From Verrucomicrobiota bacterium (GTDB taxonomy: Bacteria > Verrucomicrobiota > Kiritimatiellia > Kiritimatiellales > Tichowtungiaceae): a stretch of DNA of 32,134 nucleotides. Under the pieces are notes generated by a model that searched no databases, was not told the origin of the DNA, and was given only the letters and a program-made list of their open reading frames with translations. Both the position numbers and the translations under genes were made by a program. Location: positions 1-32,134 of the forward strand of contig JAUXCB010000001.1 of NCBI GenBank assembly GCA_030619095.1, in the 5' to 3' direction. The first letter of the stretch is position 1, and each line of letters begins with the position of its first letter. Below, piece after piece: positions 8,796 to 18,906 of the stretch.

Positions 8796-10409
8796 ATGAA
8801 AACAAAATCCCTTCCCGAGCAATTCCGCGAAGCGGCGCATACATTTGCAACGCATCCCGCCATCGTCACCCCCGAACAAACCGTCACCTACGCCGAGCTC
8901 GACGCGCAGTCCGATGCCATTGCCGCCGGACTCATTGAACGAGGTATCCGACCCGGCGACCCCATCGGACTCTACGGAATCAATAGCTCTACGTTCGTCG
9001 CCATCTATCTCGGCATTCAAAAGGCGGGCGCAACGGTCGTGCCGATCAACCTGCTGATCAACCCGCAGGAGGCTGCCTGGATACTCACCGATGCCGAGGT
9101 GAAACTTCTCTTCTACTTTGAACCGTTCACACCCGCCGTCAGCGCCATCCGCACCAAACTCCCGGCCATCAAGACCTTTGTTTGCATCGGAGAGAACCGG
9201 TCGAACACAAAGGATCTGCTTCTCCCCGAAATCCTCCAAACTCAGGTTTCAAGTTTCGCGTTTCAAGTTTCCTGCGACTCCGTCGCAGTCATCATCTACA
9301 CCTCCGGAACCACCGGCCGTCCCAAGGGTGCGATGTTGACCCATCGTAATCTAGTGAGCAATGCTCTCTCCGCCGGAAAGGCACTCAAGCTTCGGCCCTG
9401 CAACGAGCGTTTTCTAGTGGTTCTGCCGATGTTCCATGCCTTCGCATCGATGGCCGGAGTTCTGATTCCTCTGTTACACGGCTCGTCGCTCATCCCGGTT
9501 CCAAAGTTTGACCCGGCTCGAACCGCCGAGTGGATCGAAAAACTGGAAGCCACCATCTTCCTCGGCGTGCCGAGTATGTACAACCTCCTGCTGCGCCTGC
9601 CCGAGAAGCATACGCAGCAAATCGCCAAACTGCGCTTCTGCGTCTCTGGCGGTGCGGCGATGCCCGCTGAAATTATGAAGCAGTTCGAAAAACGTTTCGG
9701 TGTGCTGATTTATGAAGGCGATGGCCCGACCGAATGCGCACCGGTCACCTGCTTCAACCCCATCGACGGGCTTCGCAAGCCGCAGTCGGTCGGGCAGACC
9801 ATCCCCGGTGTAGAGATGAAAATCATGGACGAAACCGGCAAAGAAAAAGCGCCGGGGGAGGTCGGCGAAATCTGTGTGCGCGGCCCGAACGTAATGAAAG
9901 GCTACTGGAAACAGCCGGAGGAAACCGCTCAATCATTTTTCGGCGACTGGTTCCGCACCGGCGACCTCGGCACTGAGGATGAGGATCACTATTTTTATAT
10001 CGTCGACCGGATTAAAGACCTGGTGATCGTCAACGGCATGAACGTCTACCCGCGTATGGTTGAAGAGGTGCTCTATCGACACAACGCGGTGCGCGAGGCC
10101 GCAGTGATTGGCCAGCCGAGCCGGTTGCACGGCGAAGTGCCCGTCGCCTATATTTCCCTCATCGAAGGCAGTCAGGTCACAGAACAAGAGATCCGCGCAT
10201 TCTGCTTCGACCACCTCGGGCGGCACGAAGTCCCCAAAACCGTCACGTTTCTCGATGAACTGCCGAAGAATGCGACGGGAAAAATCATGAAACGGGAGCT
10301 GCGAAAATCCGGAGAAGTGGAGCGCGGAGTGGACTCCGGAGCGGCAGACTCTCCGGCGCACCAGACGCTCAGAGGCGGCGAGAGCGGAGCTGACCGCAGG
10401 CGGCCTTGA
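8796..10409 (+). CDS. Long-chain fatty acid-CoA ligase (AMP-binding family)
   Basis: YTSGTTGRPKG, GEICVRGPNVMKGYW, WFRTGDLG and LPKNATGKI motifs. Start likely ATG 8796. Confidence 0.9.
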   Translation: MKTKSLPEQFREAAHTFATHPAIVTPEQTVTYAELDAQSDAIAAGLIERGIRPGDPIGLYGINSSTFVAIYLGIQKAGATVVPINLLINPQEAAWILTDAEVKLLFYFEPFTPAVSAIRTKLPAIKTFVCIGENRSNTKDLLLPEILQTQVSSFAFQVSCDSVAVIIYTSGTTGRPKGAMLTHRNLVSNALSAGKALKLRPCNERFLVVLPMFHAFASMAGVLIPLLHGSSLIPVPKFDPARTAEWIEKLEATIFLGVPSMYNLLLRLPEKHTQQIAKLRFCVSGGAAMPAEIMKQFEKRFGVLIYEGDGPTECAPVTCFNPIDGLRKPQSVGQTIPGVEMKIMDETGKEKAPGEVGEICVRGPNVMKGYWKQPEETAQSFFGDWFRTGDLGTEDEDHYFYIVDRIKDLVIVNGMNVYPRMVEEVLYRHNAVREAAVIGQPSRLHGEVPVAYISLIEGSQVTEQEIRAFCFDHLGRHEVPKTVTFLDELPKNATGKIMKRELRKSGEVERGVDSGAADSPAHQTLRGGESGADRRRP

Positions 10410-11403
10410 GGCCGACCCCTTTGGAATCGCGCAGTGTGGCGTTGATATGCGCTTTTTCCAAGGTTTGGAAAAAGGCCTTCATTGCCTCCGGGGTCGAGCG
10501 CTCCCCCTCAAACTCCTCGACCGGGCTGAGCGGAATCAGATTGACACGGCAGGGAAACCTTCTGAGAAGTTTCACCAGCTCGCGTGCCTGCACGGCGGAG
10601 TCATTGAGGTCTTTGATCAGCGTGTACTCGAAGGTGATGATCCGATTGGTTTGGGTGGTATAGGCCTCGCAGGCATTCATCAGTTCATCGAGCGGCCAGC
10701 TTTCATTCACCGGCATGAGACACGAGCGGGTCTGGTCATCCGTCCCATGCAAAGAGACGGAAAGCTCCACCTGAATCCCCTCCTCTGAAAACCGCTCAAT
10801 CCCCGGCACAACCCCGCAGGTGCTGACCGTAATTTTTCGTGCGCCGATGGCGAGTCCATCCGGGTGGTTCATAATACGGATCGATTTCATCACCTCATCG
10901 TAGTTATCGAATGGCTCGCCAATCCCCATGAACACCACATTGTTCGGACGCGCGCCAAGCTCCCGTGTCACCTCAAGCACCTCGCCGACGATTTCCCCGG
11001 CACTCAGATTCCGAATGACACCCTTCTGCCCGCTGGCGCAGAAGGCACACCCATAAACACAACCGACCTGACTGGAGAGGCACACTGTGTTTTTCTGCCG
11101 CCGAGGCGCGGGAATAATCACCGTTTCGATCCATTCATTATCCGCCAACTCGAAGAGCAGTTTTTGCGTCTCACCGGCTTCTCCCTTCGTCTCCAGCTTC
11201 TTCAGGGTTTGGAAAACAAACTGTTCGCCCAGCAGGCCACGCAGCGGCGCGGGAAGATTTTTCATTTCGTCGAATGAGGAGACGCGCTGGGTATAGAGCC
11301 AATCCCAGATCTGCTTTGCCCGAAAAGCCGGAAGCTTCTGCTCGTTACAAAATGTTGCGAGTTCATCCAGAAGCAAGCCATGTATGGAGGGTTTAGTACT
11401 CAT
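10369..11403 (-). CDS. rlmN: 23S rRNA/tRNA adenine C2-methyltransferase RlmN
   Basis: CLSSQVGCVYGCAFC radical SAM motif, MGIGEP and AACGQL. Confidence 0.95.
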   Translation of the reverse strand: MSTKPSIHGLLLDELATFCNEQKLPAFRAKQIWDWLYTQRVSSFDEMKNLPAPLRGLLGEQFVFQTLKKLETKGEAGETQKLLFELADNEWIETVIIPAPRRQKNTVCLSSQVGCVYGCAFCASGQKGVIRNLSAGEIVGEVLEVTRELGARPNNVVFMGIGEPFDNYDEVMKSIRIMNHPDGLAIGARKITVSTCGVVPGIERFSEEGIQVELSVSLHGTDDQTRSCLMPVNESWPLDELMNACEAYTTQTNRIITFEYTLIKDLNDSAVQARELVKLLRRFPCRVNLIPLSPVEEFEGERSTPEAMKAFFQTLEKAHINATLRDSKGVGLKAACGQLRSRRL

Positions 11404-11472
11404 GTTCTGCGACCGCGTATTGTTCTTTGCCGTGTCTCTGCGCGGGATCGCCCTCTCCTCGTCCGGGGCGGT

Positions 11473-12966
<1,494 letters not shown>

Positions 12967-12987
12967 TTATATGGAATCGAAACACCA

Positions 12988-13968
12988 CTACTGGTCATTC
13001 ATTTCGTCGTAAAACGCAATATAGGCATTTTTCTGATTTCCCTCGCGCACCTTGATGGCGGAGCGGGGATGTTCGTTCATCTGGCCGGTAATCATGTAGG
13101 GCACGCTATAGCCCCAATCGATGCTTTCGCGTAGCGGCACCATCAGTTTTTCAACGGCTTCGATGATTGGCCGCTGATGGAACTTGGGATTGCGCAGGAA
13201 GCCGAGCAGCAGCTCGGTCGGGCAGTTGCCCGCGCCGCGGCCCATGCCGTCGAGGGTGGAATCGAGCATGGTGGCCCCGTTGATCGCGGAACAAACGGTG
13301 TTGACGTACGCCATCTGCTGGTTGTTGTGCGCATGAATTCCGATCTGCTGGTTGTGCTCCATGGCTCCGAGATAGCGGCGCATCAGGTCTTCAATCTGCT
13401 CATAGTAGAGCGAACCGAAGCTATCAACGAGATAAAGCATATCCATCTCCTTACATTTCCCGAGCAGCTCAAGCCCTTTGTTCAGCTCAAACTCAGGAAC
13501 CGTGGAAATGGCCATCAGGTTGACGGAGGTTTCGTAGCCTTTATCTTTGGCGTCTTTTATCATCTCGAGCGCGGCGGGAATCTGGTGGATGTAGCAGGCG
13601 ACGCGAACAAGATCGAGTACGCTCTGATCGCACGGAACAATATCGCTTTCGGTGGTTCGCCCGACATCGGCCATCACACTGAGTTTAATGCCGGGATCCT
13701 CGTCACCAAAAAAGCGGTTGAGCGCATCCTCGTCGCAGGATTTCCAGAGACCGTACTCATCCGGGCTGAAGAGCTTTTTATCCGCCTTGTAGCCAAGCTC
13801 CATGTAGCCCACACCCGCCGCCACAAGGCTTTTGTGAACTGTGCGCACGAAATCATCGCTGAACTGATGGTTATTCATCAGCCCCCCGTCACGGATTGTG
13901 CAGTCGAGTACTTTGAGCTGCGGCCAGTAATTGACCGATTCACCGCTGATATCTTTTGTTTTTGTCAT
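12988..13968 (-). CDS. DRE-TIM metallolyase (HMGL-like, 4-hydroxy-2-oxovalerate-aldolase-like catalytic domain)
   Basis: DCTIRDGG, VDSFGS, GIHAHNN and GMGRGAGNCPTE motifs. An AAGGAG RBS precedes ATG at 13968. The upstream in-frame segment is listed separately. Confidence 0.85.
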   Translation of the reverse strand: MTKTKDISGESVNYWPQLKVLDCTIRDGGLMNNHQFSDDFVRTVHKSLVAAGVGYMELGYKADKKLFSPDEYGLWKSCDEDALNRFFGDEDPGIKLSVMADVGRTTESDIVPCDQSVLDLVRVACYIHQIPAALEMIKDAKDKGYETSVNLMAISTVPEFELNKGLELLGKCKEMDMLYLVDSFGSLYYEQIEDLMRRYLGAMEHNQQIGIHAHNNQQMAYVNTVCSAINGATMLDSTLDGMGRGAGNCPTELLLGFLRNPKFHQRPIIEAVEKLMVPLRESIDWGYSVPYMITGQMNEHPRSAIKVREGNQKNAYIAFYDEMNDQ

Positions 13969-14157
13969 TTTTTTCTCCTTTAAAACTACTTTGCTTTTCA
14001 CTGCGTCCACCTTCTCTGCCATCCGAGCCAGAGCCTCTTCACGATAGATTGTCTGAAGCGATTCAGAGTACTGAATTCCATTGATCTTCTGCCGCCAGTA
14101 GTAAAAACCACCCCGCAACTTGAGATTTTTTATCCCTGTACCTTTAAATGTACCCAT
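13969..14157 (-). other. In-frame 63-codon segment resembling an integrase N-terminal (arm-type) DNA-binding domain
   Basis: NLKLRGGFYYWRQKINGIQYSESLQTIYREEALARMAE. AT-rich, with no stop codon before the aldolase. Confidence 0.5.
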
Positions 14158-14394
14158 TACGCATCACCCAAGTGAACACCTTTTGTTTTTTGTGATGCGT
14201 GAATGATGCGCCTTTTTAAAAATTCGTCAACCTTTATTTCAAAACATTTTCCCCGCAGAAATTTTTCACATGGAGGAAAGCAAGAGAACGAAGCCCGACT
14301 GACAGCCGAGCATTCCGTTCGCCTCTCCATCAAACTGCGGAAAAACCTCTACAGAAAATCAGGCCATCCAAAAACCCGTGCAATCGTATTTTCA

Positions 14395-14480
14395 GGCAGA
14401 ATAATTGAGGGCAGAATAATTTTCACACCCAACCGCAACTGAAGAGGTAATCATTCTCCTGCCTTAAAATGATTCTGCCC
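14395..14480. mobile_element. Gene-less inverted doublet repeat (MITE-like)
   Basis: Left arm GGCAGAATAATT x2 (14395 and 14410, period 15). Right arm on the minus strand GGCAGAATCATT-TTAA-GGCAGGAGAATGATT (14449-14479). Confidence 0.55.
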
Positions 14481-14600
14481 ATGTTTCATATCGGTTGAAT
14501 CGGCATATTTCGAAAGTGATTGTAAACGCGGGGCTTTATTAACAAGCTACTCTCTGTTTCCTTCTGTTTAGCGATTGAAACCTAAAACCCAATACCTCAT

Positions 14601-14648
14601 CATTCCCTCTTTCCAACATTCCAATATTCCAGTACTCCAATACTCCAC
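14601..14648 (+). repeat. Six-unit degenerate octamer array upstream of thyX
   Basis: cattccct-ctttccaa-cattccaa-tattccag-tactccaa-tactccac, abutting the GGAGG RBS. Confidence 0.8.
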
Positions 14649-14659
14649 GGAGGTTCCCT

Positions 14660-15514
14660 ATGGCGCACATCACCGTTCCCGAAGCCGAAAAACTGCTCGA
14701 TCAGACCCTTCCCGTTCTGGACAAAGGATTTATCCGGCTCGTCGACTATATGGGTGGAGACGACCGCATTGTGCAGACCGCGCGCGTCTCCTACGGCGAA
14801 GGTACAAAAACCATCCGGCAGGATGCCGGGCTGATTGACTACCTCCTGCGGCACGAACACACCTCCCCCTTCGAGCACGTCATCTTTGAGTTCCACTGCA
14901 AAATGCCGATCTTTGTCGCCCGCCAGTGGATCCGCCACCGCACCGCTCGCCTCAACGAAATCTCCGGCCGCTACAGTGTGATGAAAGACGAGTTCTACCT
15001 GCCGCCGCGCGAGCAGATCAGCCTGCAGAGCGAAGACAACAAACAGGGGCGCGAAAGCGAGTCCGTGCCGGTGGAACTTCAAGATAAGGTGCTCAATCTG
15101 CTCAAAAGCGACCAGTCCTCCAGCTACAGCAACTACAGCGAAATCCTCGACGACGGCATCGCCCGCGAGCTCGCGCGAATCAACCTGCCCCTTTCGATGT
15201 ACACGGAGTGGTACTGGCAGATGGATCTCAAAAACATGCTTCATTTTCTCAAGCTGCGCATGGACTCCCACGCCCAGTGGGAAATCCAGGAATACGCCCG
15301 CGCCATCGCCGGAATCGTTAAAACCGTCTGTCCGATGGCCTATGAATCGTTCGAACGCCACATCCTGCGCGGAGCCAAATTCTCCAGCGATGAAATCGCC
15401 GCCATCCATGCGATGATCGACGGCAAGCCCAACCCGCTCGAAGGCCGCCGCCTCGCCGAGTTCGAAGACAAGCTCACCGGCAACCTCTCCCTCTTCGAAA
15501 AACCGGCGGAGTAG
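14660..15514 (+). CDS. thyX: FAD-dependent thymidylate synthase
   Basis: HTSPFEH, RQWIRHRTARLNEISGRY and LRMDSHAQWEIQEYA motifs. Confidence 0.96.
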   Translation: MAHITVPEAEKLLDQTLPVLDKGFIRLVDYMGGDDRIVQTARVSYGEGTKTIRQDAGLIDYLLRHEHTSPFEHVIFEFHCKMPIFVARQWIRHRTARLNEISGRYSVMKDEFYLPPREQISLQSEDNKQGRESESVPVELQDKVLNLLKSDQSSSYSNYSEILDDGIARELARINLPLSMYTEWYWQMDLKNMLHFLKLRMDSHAQWEIQEYARAIAGIVKTVCPMAYESFERHILRGAKFSSDEIAAIHAMIDGKPNPLEGRRLAEFEDKLTGNLSLFEKPAE

Positions 15515-15670
15515 CCACTGCGTTACGGCACAGCGCTTCGCGGCGCTAAAGCAACGTCTATTTCCAGTTATTGGAAACACAACAAATGTCCCCACACTGT
15601 GGCTTCCAAACATTGGGAAATTCAGAGGTCGGAGATCAGAAAACGGTTTTCAAAATCCACGGATCTATCC

Positions 15671-15756
15671 ATATTGTAGGCCAAGCTTCCCCGAAGGGGA
15701 GCTTGGGAACGGAACCGCACGCTCTCTGCTTCGCAGAGAAGCGCGCCCTACAATAT
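15671..15756. repeat. REPIN-like element with GTAG/CTAC ends
   Basis: Terminal inverted repeat ATATTGTAGG/CCTACAATAT enclosing hairpins CCAAGCTTCCCC-gaa-GGGGAGCTTGG and CTCTGC-ttc-GCAGAG. Confidence 0.6.
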
Positions 15757-15868
15757 TTATTAATGCGGCAAACTTTTTTCAGTTTTTTCCTAAGAACTTC
15801 CTGTTTCGCCCGTTACCCTCTGTGAAGACTGCCGACGCAGTTCAGGGAAACAACCCGAGAGGAAGACG

Positions 15869-16366
15869 ATGGATAAAGAAAAATGGATTAGCTCACTGGT
15901 CAAGCGATACGAACGCCCGCTCTGCAGCTATGCATTCAGCCTGCTGCACGACTTCGAACGAGCGCGGGATGCCGTACAGGACACCTTCCTGCGGCTCTGC
16001 GGCCAAAAACCTGAAAAACTCAAGGGGCGCGAAGCCCCCTGGCTTTTTCGCGTCTGCCGCAACCGATCACTCGATATCCTGCGGAAGGAAGAACCCGTTT
16101 GCCCCCTGAGTGAGCCGCAGGAGGCCTCTCTGCCCTCTGAGGAAAAAACTCCGGACGAACAGACCGCCCACGGCGATCTAAGCCAACTCCTCCCCCGCTT
16201 CCTCTCCAAACTTCCGAAAAATCAACAGGAAGTGATTCGTCTAAAATTCCAACAGCAACTGAGCTACCGGGAAATCGCCCACTGCACCCGGCTCAGCGAA
16301 AGCAACGTGGGCTACCTGTTACACACAGGCATCAAAACCCTGCGTGCACAAATGATTAATCTGTAA
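15869..16366 (+). CDS. ECF RNA polymerase sigma factor
   Basis: ARDAVQDTFLRL and WLFRVCRNRSLD (region 2), LPKNQQEVIRLKFQQQLSYREIA (region 4). Confidence 0.93.
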   Translation: MDKEKWISSLVKRYERPLCSYAFSLLHDFERARDAVQDTFLRLCGQKPEKLKGREAPWLFRVCRNRSLDILRKEEPVCPLSEPQEASLPSEEKTPDEQTAHGDLSQLLPRFLSKLPKNQQEVIRLKFQQQLSYREIAHCTRLSESNVGYLLHTGIKTLRAQMINL

Positions 16367-16378
16367 GGAGATTTTAAA

Positions 16379-18436
16379 ATGAAAACAAACGACACCAAAC
16401 TGACTGCCTACGCTCTGAATGAGCTGCCTGAAACCGAACGTCAGGCCTTTGAAAAAGAACTCACCCCCGAAACCCGAAAAGCCGTGGAGGAAATCCGCGC
16501 ACTGGCCGGACAACTGAATGCACATTACGCCACCGAAGGCGAAACCTGCCTGACCGATGAGCAGCGCGAAACCATCTTCGCCGCCGCCCGTAAAAAGAAG
16601 GAGAAAATTATCCCCTTCCCGCGTTATGTTTGGATGCCCCTTGCCTCTGCCGCAGCACTGGCCGGGATCATTCTATACGTCTCTTTACCTAGAATCAGCG
16701 GCCCAACGGATCGAGCTGTGGAAGTTGCAGGACGCATGGAATCAACCGCTACACCAACCGACAAACGAATCCGTACAGACGTAGATCCGTTTTCTTCGAC
16801 ACCATCCGTAACACGCCCAAAAATGGAACTGAAAAAACCGGCAATAAAAATGAAAAAGTCAGCCAAGCCCAAAACGTTACGGCGCATCGCCAGGGGAAGA
16901 CCCTATGGAAAGCGTTCAGATGCAGGGGCTGTTAGCTTGTATATGTCGGCGGATAAATTTGAGAAGACTGATTGCTATGGAGTAACCCGAACCGACTCTT
17001 TGACAGCCCGCCCGTGGGGGCCAAGTATCGAGAACTATGCCGAAATCCGGGAAAATCAGTTCCTGCGCGTAATCAATCAGCCGCTATCGACATTTTCGAT
17101 CGACGTGGACACCGCTTCGTATTCCAACATGCGGCGATTCCTGAAAAACGGAACCCTGCCGCCGAAGGATGCGATTCGTATTGAGGAGTTGATCAACTAC
17201 TTCGACTACAACGATGCGCCGCCAACGGGCAACACTCCGTTCGCAACGCATCTGGAGGTTTCTTCCACCCCCTGGAACCCGAAACACAAACTGGTTCGGA
17301 TCGCCCTGAAAGGCTTTGAGATCGAACAAAGCGAGCGCCCGGCGCTCAATCTGGTCTTCCTGCTGGATGTCTCCGGTTCCATGAACAGCGAAAACAAACT
17401 TCCACTGGTCAAACGCGCAATGACCATGTTAACCCGCCAGCTCGATGAACGCGACCGCGTCTCCATCGTGGTCTACGCCGGTGCCTCCGGCCTCGTCCTG
17501 CCGCCCACCTTCGGCGCAAACCGTCAGGCTATTCTCGACGCGCTTAAGCGCCTCGAAGCAGGCGGCGGCACCAACGGCGGTCAAGGGATTGAACTGGCCT
17601 ACCGCACCGCGCTGGAAAACTACAACAAAGAAGGTGTTAACCGTGTGATTCTCTGCACGGACGGTGACTTCAATATCGGCGTTACGCAGGGCGGCGACCT
17701 GAATCGTCTGATCGAAGAAAAAGCCAAAAGCGGCATTTTTCTGAGCGTCCTTGGTTTCGGAACCGGCAACACCAAAGACTCCATCATGGAACAGCTCGCC
17801 GACCGGGGAAACGGAAACTACGCCTATATCGACACCTTCAGCGAAGCGCGCAAAGTGCTCGTCGATGAGATGAGCGGCACACTGCTCACGATCGCTAAAG
17901 ATGTTAAAATTCAGGTCGAATTTAACCCGGCGCTCGTCGCTGGCTACCGCCTGATCGGCTACGAAAACCGAATGCTCAAAACCGAAGACTTCAACGACGA
18001 CAAAAAAGATGCGGGCGAAATCGGTGCGGGCCATACGGTTACGGCTCTTTACGAGATCGTTCCCACGGGTCAGCCGGTCAACGGCATCCCGCCGGTTGAT
18101 GAACTGAAATATCAGATATCCGACAGCGCACCCGTTCGCTCGGATGAACTGTTGACCGTCAAACTGCGCTACAAAGAGCCGGATGGCGATACCAGCCGGA
18201 AAATTGAAATCCCGTTACGCAACGTAGAGCGCTCGTTCGAAAGCACCAGCGATGACTTCCGCTTCGCAACCGCCGTAGCCGGATTCGGAATGCTCCTGCG
18301 TGACTCGGAGTTTAAAGGGGACCTCACCTATGGCCAAGTGATCGAATGGGCGCAAAGCGCACAGGGCGAAGATGGATTCGGCTACCGCCGCGAATTCATC
18401 GAACTCGTCCGCAACGCGCAGGCCATTGGGCGCTAA
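16379..18436 (+). CDS. Membrane-anchored vWA protein (YfbK/DUF3520-like) with an anti-sigma-like N-terminus
   Basis: N-terminal LTAYALNEL plus one TM segment, then PLSTFSIDVDTASY, MIDAS DVSGS, TDGDFN, YRLIGYENR and DAGEIGAGHTVTALYEI. Confidence 0.9.
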   Translation: MKTNDTKLTAYALNELPETERQAFEKELTPETRKAVEEIRALAGQLNAHYATEGETCLTDEQRETIFAAARKKKEKIIPFPRYVWMPLASAAALAGIILYVSLPRISGPTDRAVEVAGRMESTATPTDKRIRTDVDPFSSTPSVTRPKMELKKPAIKMKKSAKPKTLRRIARGRPYGKRSDAGAVSLYMSADKFEKTDCYGVTRTDSLTARPWGPSIENYAEIRENQFLRVINQPLSTFSIDVDTASYSNMRRFLKNGTLPPKDAIRIEELINYFDYNDAPPTGNTPFATHLEVSSTPWNPKHKLVRIALKGFEIEQSERPALNLVFLLDVSGSMNSENKLPLVKRAMTMLTRQLDERDRVSIVVYAGASGLVLPPTFGANRQAILDALKRLEAGGGTNGGQGIELAYRTALENYNKEGVNRVILCTDGDFNIGVTQGGDLNRLIEEKAKSGIFLSVLGFGTGNTKDSIMEQLADRGNGNYAYIDTFSEARKVLVDEMSGTLLTIAKDVKIQVEFNPALVAGYRLIGYENRMLKTEDFNDDKKDAGEIGAGHTVTALYEIVPTGQPVNGIPPVDELKYQISDSAPVRSDELLTVKLRYKEPDGDTSRKIEIPLRNVERSFESTSDDFRFATAVAGFGMLLRDSEFKGDLTYGQVIEWAQSAQGEDGFGYRREFIELVRNAQAIGR

Positions 18437-18445
18437 ACCCAGAGT

Positions 18446-18480
18446 TCCAAACCTTGACAGTATTGTGTCCAAGGTTTGGA
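18446..18480 (+). terminator. Hairpin after the vWA gene formed by two TTCCA-N5-TGGAA-type units
   Basis: TCCAAACCTTGACA-gtattg-TGTCCAAGGTTTGGA, 10 bp after the stop codon. Confidence 0.45.
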
Positions 18481-18542
18481 CATTTCCTTGTGTAACTTTT
18501 TTGAATTACAAAGTTAAACTCAACACGAACCGGGAGAATACT

Positions 18543-18769
18543 ATGAAATGGATCGTCACACTTATATGCCGCCATTACCAGCGATGCGAAAAACACCGCA
18601 CTCACGCTCTACAACCAAAACTTCGCGATCGTGCATGAACGAATCGAACTGGAATTGAACAAAGGAGGAACCCATCATCAAAGTGGACGGTCAACTGCGC
18701 TTCAGTCTGCCGGGACAGCCGCTGTTTCCAACCCCTCTATATACCAATGAAGATGAGACACGAAAGTGA
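18543..18769 (+). pseudogene. Eroded remnant of a secreted DUF4139-like gene
   Basis: GGAGA RBS and MKWIVTLI, then in other frames TALTLYNQNFAIVHERIELELNKG (18595-18666) and EPIIKVDGQLRFSLPGQPLFP (from 18668). Family recognised from memory. Confidence 0.6.
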
Positions 18770-18840
18770 AATGCACGGGGCGCATAGAGTGTTTGGAAAA
18801 ACTCGACGCTACAGCTTCCACGCATTGGAACTCCGGCGCT

Positions 18841-18862
18841 CCCATACGTTTAAACGTGTGGG
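18841..18862. terminator. Near-perfect palindrome downstream of the orn-like gene
   Basis: CCCATACGTTTAAACGTGTGGG, between convergent units. Confidence 0.4.
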
Positions 18863-18906
18863 ACAGCGTTCAAATTCACTAAGGAAAATTGGCTTTTAAG
18901 ACGCCC

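Noticed and set aside
14203-14442. 79-aa ORF in the aldolase-thyX intergenic region
   Set aside because: No RBS or motifs, and its C-terminus is a translation of the repeat element.
14600-15613. 337-aa minus-strand ORF
   Set aside because: Antisense shadow of thyX.
15791-15816. ECF-type autoregulatory promoter (GAAC...CGTTAC)
   Set aside because: Spacing is shorter than typical ECF promoters and cannot be supported without group-specific motifs.
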